64,000 nucleotides of DNA from Gillisia sp. Its GTDB lineage: Bacteria; Bacteroidota; Bacteroidia; Flavobacteriales; Flavobacteriaceae. Positions 17,523 to 28,520 of this stretch are shown piece after piece (the stretch's first letter is position 1; the number at the start of each line of letters is the position of its first letter). The stretch covers positions 62-64,061 of the forward strand of contig JBGSWA010000021.1 in assembly GCA_041752645.1 (NCBI GenBank), given 5' to 3'. The position numbers and the translations under genes are program-made. The notes beneath the pieces are model-generated. The model made no database searches. It had not been told where the DNA came from and saw only the letters and a program-made list of their open reading frames with translations.

Positions 17523-19820
17523 ATGAGCACGGAAAGCGAAAGAAGAGAAGCTTTAGAATATCACGAAAAACCAAAACCGGGAAAGATAGAAGTAATCCCG
17601 ACTAAAAAATATTCAACACAAAGGGATCTGTCCCTTGCATATTCCCCGGGAGTTGCAATTCCCTGCCTGGAAATTGAAAAGGACAAGGAGAATTCCTATA
17701 AATATACCGCCAAAGGAAATTTGGTTGCAGTAATATCGAATGGAACAGCGGTTTTAGGCTTGGGAGACATAGGTCCAGAGGCTTCCAAACCGGTGATGGA
17801 AGGAAAAGGACTTTTGTTTAAAATCTTTGCAGATATTGATGTTTTTGATATTGAGGTGGACACCAAGGATGTAGAGGCTTTTATTGCCACGGTAAAAAAT
17901 ATAGCCCCTACTTTTGGAGGGATCAACCTCGAGGATATCAAAGCACCCGAAGCTTTTGAAATTGAACGCAGGTTAAAGGAAGAACTGGATATTCCGGTGA
18001 TGCATGATGACCAGCACGGTACTGCCATTATTTCCTCTGCTGCACTGCTCAATGCTCTGGAGGTCGCAAATAAAAAGATTGGAGAGGTGACAATTGTGGT
18101 CAGTGGAGCAGGAGCGGCAGCAGTTTCCTGTGCCAGAATGTACAAAGCCTGTGGGGCGAAGGCGGAAAATATTATTATGATCGATAGCAAGGGAGTGATC
18201 AGAGCTGATAGGCCAAACCTTACTGAAGAAAAACAGGAATTTGCCACCAAAAGAAAAGTAGATACCCTTTTGGAAGCCATGAAAGACGCCGATGTATTTT
18301 TAGGCCTTTCAGTGGCTGATATCGTAAATCCGGAAATGTTGCTTAGCATGGCCAAAAGACCCATTGTATTTGCGATGGCAAATCCGGATCCAGAAATAGA
18401 ATACAACCTTGCGGTGTCTACAAGGAAGGATCTGATTATGGCTACAGGCAGAAGCGATCATCCTAACCAGGTAAATAATTTATTGGGATTTCCGTTTATT
18501 TTCCGGGGAGCCCTGGATGTTCGTGCCACCAAAATAAATGAAGAGATGAAAATGGCGGCTGTACTGGCCCTGGCACAACTCGCCAAGGAACCTGTTCCTG
18601 AACAGGTTAATATTGCTTATGGGGAAACAAGATTGAATTTTGGGCCTGAGTATATCCTTCCAAAACCCTTCGATCCCAGGTTGATATCAAAGGTGCCGCC
18701 AGCAGTTGCAAAGGCCGCCATGGAAAGCGGGGTTGCAAGAAAGCCAATTACCGATTGGCAGGCGTATGAAGACGAATTGATGGAAAGAATGGGGAATGAC
18801 AATAAAATTTCCCGTCTATTAATGAACCGTGCCAAAACTAATCCTAAACGTATCGTATTTGCGGAAGCAGATCAATTGAATGTGTTGAAGGCTGCTCAAA
18901 TTGTATATGAAGAAGGTATTGCAATCCCTATTTTATTGGGGAGAGAATATATCATTAAAGAACTGATGAGTGAAATTGATTTCAATCCGAATCACGATAA
19001 AATTACAATCATCGATTCAAAATCTGATGTCCAGGAGGTCTCCCGAAACACCTATGCCGAGGTATATTGGCGAGCTCACTATCGCGATGGAGTTACAAAA
19101 TACGATGCTCGAAAACTGATGAGGGAGAGAAATTACTTTGGAGCTATGATGGTAAACCTGGGCGATGCCGATGGCTTGCTGTCCGGATATTCCAGACCCT
19201 ATCCAACGGTGGTTAAACCAATGTTGGAACTTATTGGGATGGGAAAAGGGATAGATCGGGTTGCCGCTACCAATTTGATGAACACCTCACGTGGTCCCCT
19301 GTTTATTAGCGATACTTCCATAAATATTGATCCATCTGCCAAGGATTTGGCTAAAATTGCGCTTATGACAGCAAAAACCGTTAGGCTTTTTGGAATGGAA
19401 CCGGTAATAGCGATGATCTCCTACGCAAATTTTGGTACTTCAAAACACGAACATGCGCTTAAGGTAAAAGAGGCGGTTGCATTTTTGCACAGATATCACC
19501 CTGATTTATGTGTTGATGGTGCATTGCAAATTGATTTTGCGCTAAATCAGGAAATGCTGAAAAATAAATTTCCATTTTCAAAATTAGTGGGTAAAAAGGT
19601 CAATATCCTGATCTACTCAAATTTGGAATCAGCCAACAGCACTTATAAGCTCATCAAAGAGCTCAATGATGGCGATTCCATAGGCCCAATTTTAATGGGG
19701 ATGAGCAAACCTGTGCATATTCTGCAATTGGGAGCCAGCGTAAATGAAATAGTTAATATGGCAGCCATAGCCGTGGTAGATGCACAGGAAAAAGAAAGAT
19801 TGGCCAAGAAGGGAAGATAG
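17523..19820 (+). CDS. maeB: NADP-dependent malic enzyme with C-terminal phosphotransacetylase-like domain
   Basis: LSLAYSPGVA, NGTAVLGLGDIG, GGINLEDI, MHDDQHGT, GRSDHPNQVNN, then KRIVFAE PTA-like domain; 765 aa. Confidence 0.96.
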   Translation: MSTESERREALEYHEKPKPGKIEVIPTKKYSTQRDLSLAYSPGVAIPCLEIEKDKENSYKYTAKGNLVAVISNGTAVLGLGDIGPEASKPVMEGKGLLFKIFADIDVFDIEVDTKDVEAFIATVKNIAPTFGGINLEDIKAPEAFEIERRLKEELDIPVMHDDQHGTAIISSAALLNALEVANKKIGEVTIVVSGAGAAAVSCARMYKACGAKAENIIMIDSKGVIRADRPNLTEEKQEFATKRKVDTLLEAMKDADVFLGLSVADIVNPEMLLSMAKRPIVFAMANPDPEIEYNLAVSTRKDLIMATGRSDHPNQVNNLLGFPFIFRGALDVRATKINEEMKMAAVLALAQLAKEPVPEQVNIAYGETRLNFGPEYILPKPFDPRLISKVPPAVAKAAMESGVARKPITDWQAYEDELMERMGNDNKISRLLMNRAKTNPKRIVFAEADQLNVLKAAQIVYEEGIAIPILLGREYIIKELMSEIDFNPNHDKITIIDSKSDVQEVSRNTYAEVYWRAHYRDGVTKYDARKLMRERNYFGAMMVNLGDADGLLSGYSRPYPTVVKPMLELIGMGKGIDRVAATNLMNTSRGPLFISDTSINIDPSAKDLAKIALMTAKTVRLFGMEPVIAMISYANFGTSKHEHALKVKEAVAFLHRYHPDLCVDGALQIDFALNQEMLKNKFPFSKLVGKKVNILIYSNLESANSTYKLIKELNDGDSIGPILMGMSKPVHILQLGASVNEIVNMAAIAVVDAQEKERLAKKGR

Positions 19821-19844
19821 CCTTTTGAAGGTAGTTTGTTTATG

Positions 19845-19876
19845 ATTTGGAGCTCTCCTTTAATTTAGTACATTTG
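19845..19876 (+). promoter_or_regulatory. sigma70 promoter of ruvA-sprA (TTTG-N20-TACATTTG)
   Basis: Both -33 and -7 elements present with plausible spacing; supports the ATG at 19899. Confidence 0.6.
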
Positions 19877-19898
19877 GTTGCTAATATCCATTTTATCT

Positions 19899-20483
19899 AT
19901 GATCTATCATTTAAAGGGGCAATTAATAGAAAAAAATCCTACTCATGTTGTAATTGATTGCAACGGGGTAGGATATATTGTTCATATCTCCCTCCATACA
20001 TTTTCTCTTTTGAACAACAATTCAGAGGCCATACATTTATATACTCATTTGCAGGTAAAGGAGGATTCCCATACCTTATATGGCTTTAAGGAAAAATCGG
20101 AACGGGAGTTGTTCCGCTTATTGATTTCTGTTTCGGGAGTAGGCTCCAGTACCGCACGTACTATGCTGTCTTCCCTGGAACCCAAACAAATCATGGAAGC
20201 CATTGCCTCGGGAGATGCGGCTACGGTACAAAAAATTAAAGGGATTGGCACCAAAACTGCGCAAAGGGTGATTTTGGATTTAAAAGATAAAATTTTAAAA
20301 GTGTTTGGGCTTGATGAAATTTATGTTTCCCAAAACAATACAAACCGGGAAGAAGCGTTATCTGCACTGGAAACCCTAGGATTTTTACGTAAACCTGCCG
20401 AAAAGGTTGTTGATCGAATTATGAAAGAAACCACCGATCCCACAGTAGAAACTATTATTAAGATGGCTTTAAAGAATTTGTAA
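19899..20483 (+). CDS. ruvA: Holliday junction DNA-binding protein RuvA
   Basis: VVIDCNGVGY, HTLYGF, LISVSGVG, KIKGIGTKTAQRVILDLK, EALSALETLGF. Confidence 0.97.
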   Translation: MIYHLKGQLIEKNPTHVVIDCNGVGYIVHISLHTFSLLNNNSEAIHLYTHLQVKEDSHTLYGFKEKSERELFRLLISVSGVGSSTARTMLSSLEPKQIMEAIASGDAATVQKIKGIGTKTAQRVILDLKDKILKVFGLDEIYVSQNNTNREEALSALETLGFLRKPAEKVVDRIMKETTDPTVETIIKMALKNL

Positions 20484-20500
20484 TATCATTATCATCAACT

Positions 20501-23500
20501 TTGAGAAATAATAACTTTAAATTGGGTCGATTATTATTAATTGGTATCTTCTGGTTAATTGCCTTTCACAACAATTTATTTGCTCAGGAACCTTCAATAG
20601 TCCAGGATTCCACCCTCACAGGTCATTCTATAGGGAAGCTTTCCTTGCCAAATCCTGAGAGTATAATCACAGCTTATGAATTTGACCCAATTTTAAACAG
20701 GTACATTTTTACCGAAAAATTAGGGACTTATAATCTTTCTGTTCCACTTATTTTAACCCCTCAAGAATACCAACAGCTGGTAATTGAGGAAGAAATTAGA
20801 AACTATTTTAAGCAAAAGAATAATGCTCTTGCCAAAAACAGGGATGGAGATCCTGAAGCCCAAAAAGATCTACTCCCGGGGTATTACGTGAATTCCGGTT
20901 TTTTTGAAAGTGTGTTTGGCGGAAAAGAAATAGAGGTAGTCCCGCAGGGTAGCGTTGCCATGGATTTGGGTGTGCTTTATACAAAACAGGATAATCCGGC
21001 TTTCTCTCCAAGAAACCGGAGCAACTTAACCTTCGATTTTGATCAGCGTATTCAACTCAGTTTACTGGGACAGGTTGGGACCCGGTTGAAGGTTATTGCC
21101 AATTATGATACCGAGTCTACCTTCGATTTTCAAAATCAACTGAGGTTGGAATACACACCAACAGAGGATGATATTGTCCAGAAAATAGAAGTAGGAAATG
21201 TGAGTATGCCACTTAATAGTGCACTTATTCAGGGTGCACAAAGTTTATTTGGGGTAAAAACCGAATTACAATTTGGAAAAACCCATATCACAGGAGTTTT
21301 TTCAGAACAAAAATCGGAAAGGAGAACGGTAAATGTTGAAGGTGGCGCCACTATAGAAGAGTTTGAGCGTTTTGCGATAGATTATGATCAGGATAGGCAT
21401 TTCTTTTTAGCTCATCATTTCAGGGATCACTATAATGAATCGCTGCAGAACTACCCTTATATAAACAGCAATGTCCAGATCCAGCGTATCCAGGTGTGGG
21501 TTACCAACCGGGTAAATAATATTCAGAATTTAAACGACACACGAAATATTGTAGGGATCCAGGATTTGGGAGAATCAAATATTCCCGGGAATATAGGCTT
21601 AGAGAATCCGCCTGCAGGATTTTTTAACCAGCCCCCCGGCGCTTTCCCTGATAACTCCAATAACGATTTTAACCCCTTTGGGATAACAGGTGTCCAGGAA
21701 TCCATCTTAACCCCCGCTATTCGAGATATTGCTACTGTGCAAAGCGGATTTGGCGGTTTACCGGTATCCCAGGGTACAGATTTTGACAAGCTTGAAAATG
21801 CCCGGCAGTTGCAACCCAAAGAATATTCCCTTAATACAAGTTTAGGGTATATCACCCTGAATCAACGTTTGAGCAATGATGAGATTTTAGCGGTGGCCTT
21901 TCAGTACACCCTGAACGGACAGGTGTATCAGGTTGGTGAATTTGCCAATGACGGCGTAGATGCCAATGTGCAGAATGAAAACGATGGGTTAAGAGTCAAT
22001 CAAAACCTGGTAGTAAAATTACTTAAAAGCACGGTAACTAATGTCAGTGAACCTATTTGGGATTTGATGATGAAGAATATCTACAGCCTTGGAGCTTTTC
22101 AGTTGGAAAGAGATGATTTCAGATTAAATATCCTATATACCAATCCACAACCCCAAAATTATATTTCTCCCGCCGAGGGAGGCAATCTTCCGCTGCCCGG
22201 GGATGTGGCTGAGACTACCTTGCTCCGGGTGTTCAACCTGGATAATTTGGATTCAAACAATGATCCTGTAGGGGGAGGAGATGGGTTTTTTGATTATGTT
22301 CCTGGTCTGACCATTGAACCGCAAAACGGGCTGGTTATTTTCACAACGGTAGAGCCTTTCGGAGCGCATCTATTCGAAAAACTGGACAACACTCCAAATG
22401 GCGGTGGGGAAGATTATGATTTTCCCCAAACCTATAATTCCAACCAGGAAAAATATGTTTTTCGCGCCCTTTATAAAACCACAAAAATACAAGCCGAGCA
22501 GGAGCAAGCTGATAAAAATAAATTTCAGCTTAAAGGCCGGTATAAATCCTCACAGGTGGAGGGAATTCCAATTGGGTTCAACTTGCCTCAGGGTTCGGTA
22601 ACGGTGACAGCAGGAGGCAGGGTTTTACAGGAAGGTGTGGATTATGTCGTGAATTACCAACTTGGACGGGTTCAAATAATAGATGATGCCTTATTGGCCT
22701 CGGACATTCCCATTCAAATTTCCACAGAAAACAATGCTCTTTTCGGACAACAATCCAAAAGGTTCACCGGGATAAATATTGAACATCAGTTCAATGAGAA
22801 ATTATTGATCGGGGGAACTTATTTAAATTTAAGCGAACGCCCGTTGACTCAAAAGGCAAATTACAGCTTTGAACCGGTGAACAATTCTATTTATGGAGCC
22901 AGCGCTATTTATAGCACGGAAGTGCCGTTTTTGACCCGACTGGTAAATAAATTGCCTAATATTGACACCGAAATTGCTTCCAATATTTCATTGAGGGGAG
23001 AGTTTGCTTATTTGCAACCCGGTGCTCCAAAGGTGAATGATTTTAATCAAAAAGCCACTGTTTATATAGACGATTTTGAAGCTTCACAAACCTCCATTTC
23101 AATAAGCAACCCCTTGAGTTGGGAGCTTTCAAGTGTGCCCTTGGAATTTGGAGGCGAACTTGCCAACGGGGATCTTGCAACGGGATATAAGCGGGCAAAA
23201 TTGGCCTGGTACACCGTTGATCCAATATTTTACAGCAGTCAAAGGCCTGATGGAATAACGGATGTCGATCTCTCAAGCTTTGCTTCCAGAAGGGTTTTTT
23301 TAGATGAAATTTTTCCAAATACCGATGTGATACAGGGACAACCACAGGTTATTTTTACCCTGGACCTTGCATATTTTCCAGGGGAGAGGGGCCCATATAA
23401 TTTCAATCCTACGGCTGCCGGAGGAAATATTTTAAATAATCCGAAGGAAAATTTTGGAGGGATTTCCAGGGCCCTAAGCGCTACAAATTTTGAACAATCC

Positions 23501-26500
23501 AATGTGGAGTTTATCGAATTCTGGGTGATGGATCCGTTTATTTATTCTGAAAATGCGAAGAACAATGGGGGTACCCTTACCTTCAATCTGGGTAATATTT
23601 CCGAAGATGTTTTAAAAGATGGCAGGAAACAATATGAAAATGGACTGCCCCGGGATGGTAGTGACCAGAACTTTATAAATACTGCATTTGGAAGAGTACC
23701 GGCAAACCAATCTTTAATCTATGCATTTGATTCTGAAGGGGAAGAGCGCATAAATCAGGACGTCGGTTTTGATGGGTTAAGCGATGCGGAGGAGGCTATT
23801 GAATTTGTCGGTTTTGCAAATTTAGAAGATCCCTCGGCTGATAATTATGAGTATTTTTTAAACCCATCCGGATCCATTATAGACCGGTACAGAAAATATA
23901 ATGGTACCGATGGAAATTCCCCAACGGGAATTGACAATAACAGGGGGAACTCTACCCTTCCAACTACCGAGGATTTGAACAGGGACAATACCATGAATAC
24001 CATCAACAGTTATTTTGAGTATGATGTGAAGCTTTTCCCGGGAATGAATATAGATAATAACCCTCATATTGCAGATGTAAAAGAAATTATGGCTCCGCTT
24101 CCAAATGGACAGCAAATCCCTGTGCGATGGGTACAGTTTAAGATTCCAATTTTTGAGCCTACAGGTTCAAAGGGAGGGATAGCCGATTTTAGATCGATTC
24201 GGTTTATGAGATTATTCTTAAATAATTTTGAGGAAACCACGATTCTTAGATTTGGAACTATGGATTTGGTAAGGGGGGACTACAGGAGGTTCAATCAAAG
24301 TTTACATCCGGAAAATCCGGGTCTACCTTTGGAAAATGGAATCTTGTTTGAAGTTGCAGCTGTAAATATCGAGGAAAATGAAAACAGAGAACCTGTTCCT
24401 TATGTGCTTCCGCCAGGAGTAGTGCGAGAGGAACTCTTTAATAACAATACCAGTATCAGACAAAATGAACAATCCCTTTCCCTGAAGGTATGCGGGCTGG
24501 AAGCACAGGATGCCCGTGCTGTGTACAAAAATTTTCAGGTGGATATGCGTCAATATAAAAACCTGGAAATGTTTTTACACGCGGAGTCCTTGGTAAATGA
24601 AGTTCCCCTTAAAGATGGGCAGCTGGTGGCTTTTATAAGATTGGGAACGGATTTTACAGAAAACTATTATCAAATTGAGATTCCTCTTACTGCAACGGCC
24701 TTTGGTGCTTTCCAAGGGGAGGAAATATGGCCGCAATCCAATAGATTGTCGTTGTCTTTGGAGTTACTGCAACGAGTTAAGACAAAGGTATTGGGCGACC
24801 CTTCATTGTTGTCTTCAGAGGTAAATTATTTTGATGAAGAATTGAATTTGACCAGTGCTGAGGATCCATATCAAATTGGAGAGTTAAGGGTAGGAGTTAA
24901 GGGGAATCCTAGTTTTGGGAATGTGCGTTTATTTATGCTGGGAATTAAAAATGGCCTGCCTGGCAGCAGTGCTTCTGATATTTGCGGTGAGGTATGGTTT
25001 AATGAGTTGCGGATGTCTGACCTGGACAATGACAGCGGATGGGCTGCAATTCTAAATATGGATGCCAATTTAGCCGATTTTGCAACGATTTCAGCTACAG
25101 GAAGAAGAAGTACCGTAGGTTTTGGGACCCTCGAACAAGGCCCTAATCAACGCAGCAGGGAAGATCTTCAGCAATACGATTTGGTAACCAATTTGAATGT
25201 GGGCCGGTTATTGCCCCAAAGATGGGGCGTGCAGATCCCTTTCAATTATAACAGGGGAGAGGAACTCATTACCCCTAAATACGATCAGGAATTTTTGGAT
25301 CTTGAACTTGAAACCCGATTGAGCGAGATCGCGGATCCTGATGAAAGAAATAGCGTTAAGGAGCAGTCAGAGGTATATACCAAAAGACAAAGTGTGAATG
25401 TTATAGGGCTTCGAAAAGAACGTACGGATGAAAAAAAACCAATGCCGTACGATATCGAAAATTTTGCGCTCTCAACCTCCTACAATCAGGTAGATTATCG
25501 GGATTTTGAAATAGATGATGCCTTGAGTCAGAATGTCCGGGTTGGAGCTACATACGATTATAGTTTTGCGCCGCTTACCATAGCGCCGTTTAAAAATACG
25601 AAAGCACTCGACAGTAGTGACTACTTTTCTTTGGTAAAAGATTTTAATTTTAATCCTTTACCCAGCAATATAACCCTGGGGTCAAATATTATCCGGCAAT
25701 ATAATGAGCAACAGTTCCGAGAGACAAGTTTAACCGAGAATGATATAGAGATCCCAACCCTGTATCAGCGTAATTTTATGTATGATTGGCAGTATCGAGT
25801 AAATTACAACCTGACAAAATCGCTGCAATTTAGTTTCAATGCCACAAATAATCGGATTATTAGAAATTATATAAACGAGGATAATTTTGCCGATAATGGG
25901 GTAGGTATCTGGGATGGATTTTTTGAAATTGGCACGCCTAATCAGCATTTTCAGTCCTTACAAATCACCTATGAGCTGCCATTGAGTAAGGTTCCAGTTC
26001 TAAAATTTATTAATGCCACCTATTCCTATACCGGAGATTTCCAATGGCAGCGTGGTTCAGAAATTTTTGCTACTCTCGAGGGGGTCCCAGATTTAGGAAA
26101 TTCCATTCAGAATGCCAGTATTCATCAGCTCAATGCCAATATGGAGATGCAAACCCTGTATGATTACCTGGGTTTAAAATTAAGAAAGTCTACTCCTGAA
26201 ACAATCAAGGAGCGAAGTGAAGGAGTGCCCACACTGGATCCAAATAAACCAATAAAGGCTGTGAAAGATCAGGCGGAGCAATCGGGTGATAAAACCTACA
26301 ATACCCTCATTGGCTTTGTCACGGGAATAAAAAGAATTCAGGCTACCTACAGGAGGAATCAGGGAATATTTTTGCCGGGATATACCAGCAACATCGGTTT
26401 TATGGGAACCTTAAGGCCTACTGCCGGCTTCACCTTTGGAAGCCAGGCTGATGTTCGCTACCTCGCGGCCAGAAACGGCTGGCTCACCTTATTTCAGGAA

Positions 26501-27640
26501 TTTAATCAGCAGTATACCTCGGTCAATAATACCAAATTTGATCTTCAGGCTTCTTTGAGCCTTATCCCCGATCTGAGCATAGACCTGAGTGCCGGAAGGA
26601 TCTATTCAGAAACCTTTTCGGAAAATTACCGGGTGAGCCCGTTTGATCTTCAATATCAAGGTTTAAATCCCTACAATTTCGGAAATTTTAACATTTCAAC
26701 GATTTTAATTAGGACTGCTTTTGATAAAAATAACCAGGCCTATTCTGAAACCTTTGAAAATTTCAGGGAAAACAGGTTGGATATTGCACAAAGACTTGCG
26801 GCATTAAATGGAAGAGATCCAAATGATGTTGATGAGGAAGGGTATCCCATAGGTTACGGGAAAAGCAATCAGGCGGTTCTTTTGCCTTCCTTTTTAGCGG
26901 CCTATTCTGGCCAGGATCCCTCCTCGGTCAAATTGGGTGCTTTCCGGGATATGCCTTTGCCTAACTGGGATATAAAATATACCGGGTTTATGAAAATAGA
27001 TTGGTTTAAAAAGAATTTCAGAAGATTATCCTTAAACCATGGATATCGTGCAGGCTATACTATTAATCAATTTCAAACAAATCTGGAATTTGATCCTGAA
27101 GATCCGCTCAAGGTTGACCAGTCTAATAATTTTATAAACAAGTTATTGTTTGCAAACATCAATTTAACCGAAATGTTTAGCCCCTTAATAAGGGTCGATC
27201 TGGAAACCAATGATGCTATCCGGATTTTGGCAGAAATTAAAAAGGACCGGGCTTTGTCACTTAGTTTTGATAATAATTTATTGACCGAAGTGAAGGGAAA
27301 TGAATACGTGCTTGGCTTGGGATACAGGATTAAGGATTTGAAGGTCGTCGCCAATTTTGGCGGAAGGAGTAAAGTATTGAGCAGTGATCTCAATTTTAAA
27401 CTGGATATGGCTTATCGAAAGAACATCAATATCATTAGGTATCTAGATTTGGAAAACAGTCAGGTAATCGCAGGGCAAGACCTGTGGGCGGTCAATTTTA
27501 CCGCAGATTATGCACTGTCCAAAAATTTAACTGCCTTGATTTATTACGATCACACTTTTTCCGAATATGCTGTATCCACAGCATTTCCACAAACAACGAT
27601 CAGGTCGGGAATTACCCTGAGATATAATTTTGGAAATTAA
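20501..27640 (+). CDS. sprA: Type IX secretion system outer-membrane translocon SprA (Sov)
   Basis: 2379 aa with signal peptide; FDFDQRIQ, IVQKIEVGNVSMP, DFRSIRFMRLFL, GEVWFNELR; C-terminal GITLRYNFGN; follows ruvA. Confidence 0.96.
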   Translation: MRNNNFKLGRLLLIGIFWLIAFHNNLFAQEPSIVQDSTLTGHSIGKLSLPNPESIITAYEFDPILNRYIFTEKLGTYNLSVPLILTPQEYQQLVIEEEIRNYFKQKNNALAKNRDGDPEAQKDLLPGYYVNSGFFESVFGGKEIEVVPQGSVAMDLGVLYTKQDNPAFSPRNRSNLTFDFDQRIQLSLLGQVGTRLKVIANYDTESTFDFQNQLRLEYTPTEDDIVQKIEVGNVSMPLNSALIQGAQSLFGVKTELQFGKTHITGVFSEQKSERRTVNVEGGATIEEFERFAIDYDQDRHFFLAHHFRDHYNESLQNYPYINSNVQIQRIQVWVTNRVNNIQNLNDTRNIVGIQDLGESNIPGNIGLENPPAGFFNQPPGAFPDNSNNDFNPFGITGVQESILTPAIRDIATVQSGFGGLPVSQGTDFDKLENARQLQPKEYSLNTSLGYITLNQRLSNDEILAVAFQYTLNGQVYQVGEFANDGVDANVQNENDGLRVNQNLVVKLLKSTVTNVSEPIWDLMMKNIYSLGAFQLERDDFRLNILYTNPQPQNYISPAEGGNLPLPGDVAETTLLRVFNLDNLDSNNDPVGGGDGFFDYVPGLTIEPQNGLVIFTTVEPFGAHLFEKLDNTPNGGGEDYDFPQTYNSNQEKYVFRALYKTTKIQAEQEQADKNKFQLKGRYKSSQVEGIPIGFNLPQGSVTVTAGGRVLQEGVDYVVNYQLGRVQIIDDALLASDIPIQISTENNALFGQQSKRFTGINIEHQFNEKLLIGGTYLNLSERPLTQKANYSFEPVNNSIYGASAIYSTEVPFLTRLVNKLPNIDTEIASNISLRGEFAYLQPGAPKVNDFNQKATVYIDDFEASQTSISISNPLSWELSSVPLEFGGELANGDLATGYKRAKLAWYTVDPIFYSSQRPDGITDVDLSSFASRRVFLDEIFPNTDVIQGQPQVIFTLDLAYFPGERGPYNFNPTAAGGNILNNPKENFGGISRALSATNFEQSNVEFIEFWVMDPFIYSENAKNNGGTLTFNLGNISEDVLKDGRKQYENGLPRDGSDQNFINTAFGRVPANQSLIYAFDSEGEERINQDVGFDGLSDAEEAIEFVGFANLEDPSADNYEYFLNPSGSIIDRYRKYNGTDGNSPTGIDNNRGNSTLPTTEDLNRDNTMNTINSYFEYDVKLFPGMNIDNNPHIADVKEIMAPLPNGQQIPVRWVQFKIPIFEPTGSKGGIADFRSIRFMRLFLNNFEETTILRFGTMDLVRGDYRRFNQSLHPENPGLPLENGILFEVAAVNIEENENREPVPYVLPPGVVREELFNNNTSIRQNEQSLSLKVCGLEAQDARAVYKNFQVDMRQYKNLEMFLHAESLVNEVPLKDGQLVAFIRLGTDFTENYYQIEIPLTATAFGAFQGEEIWPQSNRLSLSLELLQRVKTKVLGDPSLLSSEVNYFDEELNLTSAEDPYQIGELRVGVKGNPSFGNVRLFMLGIKNGLPGSSASDICGEVWFNELRMSDLDNDSGWAAILNMDANLADFATISATGRRSTVGFGTLEQGPNQRSREDLQQYDLVTNLNVGRLLPQRWGVQIPFNYNRGEELITPKYDQEFLDLELETRLSEIADPDERNSVKEQSEVYTKRQSVNVIGLRKERTDEKKPMPYDIENFALSTSYNQVDYRDFEIDDALSQNVRVGATYDYSFAPLTIAPFKNTKALDSSDYFSLVKDFNFNPLPSNITLGSNIIRQYNEQQFRETSLTENDIEIPTLYQRNFMYDWQYRVNYNLTKSLQFSFNATNNRIIRNYINEDNFADNGVGIWDGFFEIGTPNQHFQSLQITYELPLSKVPVLKFINATYSYTGDFQWQRGSEIFATLEGVPDLGNSIQNASIHQLNANMEMQTLYDYLGLKLRKSTPETIKERSEGVPTLDPNKPIKAVKDQAEQSGDKTYNTLIGFVTGIKRIQATYRRNQGIFLPGYTSNIGFMGTLRPTAGFTFGSQADVRYLAARNGWLTLFQEFNQQYTSVNNTKFDLQASLSLIPDLSIDLSAGRIYSETFSENYRVSPFDLQYQGLNPYNFGNFNISTILIRTAFDKNNQAYSETFENFRENRLDIAQRLAALNGRDPNDVDEEGYPIGYGKSNQAVLLPSFLAAYSGQDPSSVKLGAFRDMPLPNWDIKYTGFMKIDWFKKNFRRLSLNHGYRAGYTINQFQTNLEFDPEDPLKVDQSNNFINKLLFANINLTEMFSPLIRVDLETNDAIRILAEIKKDRALSLSFDNNLLTEVKGNEYVLGLGYRIKDLKVVANFGGRSKVLSSDLNFKLDMAYRKNINIIRYLDLENSQVIAGQDLWAVNFTADYALSKNLTALIYYDHTFSEYAVSTAFPQTTIRSGITLRYNFGN

Positions 27641-27673
27641 TTAAAACTTAGAGGACCAAAACGAATAAAAAAT

Positions 27674-27681
27674 TAACTTTG
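27674..27681 (+). promoter_or_regulatory. sigma70 -7 box (TAACTTTG) of gcvH
   Basis: TAnnTTTG, 21 nt before the ATG. Confidence 0.6.
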
Positions 27682-27702
27682 TGCATATAAAAAACAAATT
27701 TT

Positions 27703-28083
27703 ATGAATGTTCCACAAGAATTAAGATACACCAAAGATCACGAATGGGTGAAAATTGATGGGGAGGTGGCTACCGTAGGGGTCACAGATTTTGCGCAAGG
27801 AGAACTTGGCGATATAGTTTATGTTGAGGTAGAAACCTTGGGGGAAACTTTAGAGCGCGAGGAAGTTTTTGGTACAGTAGAGGCCGTAAAAACAGTTTCA
27901 GATTTATTTTTGCCACTCGCCGGAGAGATTCTGGAGTTCAACGAAAGTCTGGAAAATGCCCCTGAAAAAGTAAATTCAGATCCTTATGGAGGAGGCTGGA
28001 TGGTTAAAGTTAAAATTTCTGACCAATCCCAAATTTCCGATTTGTTAAGCCCCGAGCAATACAAAGATCTAATTGGCGGCTAG
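27703..28083 (+). CDS. gcvH: Glycine cleavage system H protein
   Basis: [23 protein letters not shown], lipoyl-Lys motif [17 protein letters not shown]. Confidence 0.98.
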   Translation: MNVPQELRYTKDHEWVKIDGEVATVGVTDFAQGELGDIVYVEVETLGETLEREEVFGTVEAVKTVSDLFLPLAGEILEFNESLENAPEKVNSDPYGGGWMVKVKISDQSQISDLLSPEQYKDLIGG

Positions 28084-28477
28084 ATTCTTTTTTATATTAG
28101 CTGTTGTTTATACGTTAATAATATCAACATTGTCCCTGGTTCCTCTGGGGAAAATATCGGTAGGGGGATATAACCCTACCGATAAAATGTTACATGGATT
28201 TGCGTATTTTATATTGACTTTGTTATGGCTCTTTTATTATTTGATGAAAAATGCCAGAATTTCCAATTTCAAATGGAAATTTTTTAATATTTCGGTCCTT
28301 GTAATTGTTTTTGGTATGTTAATTGAGGTTTTGCAAGGAGTCCTAACCAGGTATCGTCATCCGGATTGGGCTGATGTTCTGGCCAATAGCATTGGTGTAT
28401 TTATTGCTTTTCTGTTTTGTACTTTTTTTTTGAATTTCTTAAAACGTATAAAACAAAAGTTTAGTTTATTTTTATGA
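28073..28477 (+). CDS. VanZ-family membrane protein
   Basis: [31 protein letters not shown]; 4 TM segments; TTG start overlaps gcvH. Confidence 0.85.
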   Translation: MAARFFFILAVVYTLIISTLSLVPLGKISVGGYNPTDKMLHGFAYFILTLLWLFYYLMKNARISNFKWKFFNISVLVIVFGMLIEVLQGVLTRYRHPDWADVLANSIGVFIAFLFCTFFLNFLKRIKQKFSLFL

Positions 28478-28520
28478 TTATTTTTTTTACATTAGCCACC
28501 TTATTAATCAGTAACGAATT

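Noticed and set aside
28073-28477. VanZ as evidence of glycopeptide resistance
   Set aside because: VanZ-family proteins are widespread. This one is in a conserved housekeeping position with no van cluster.
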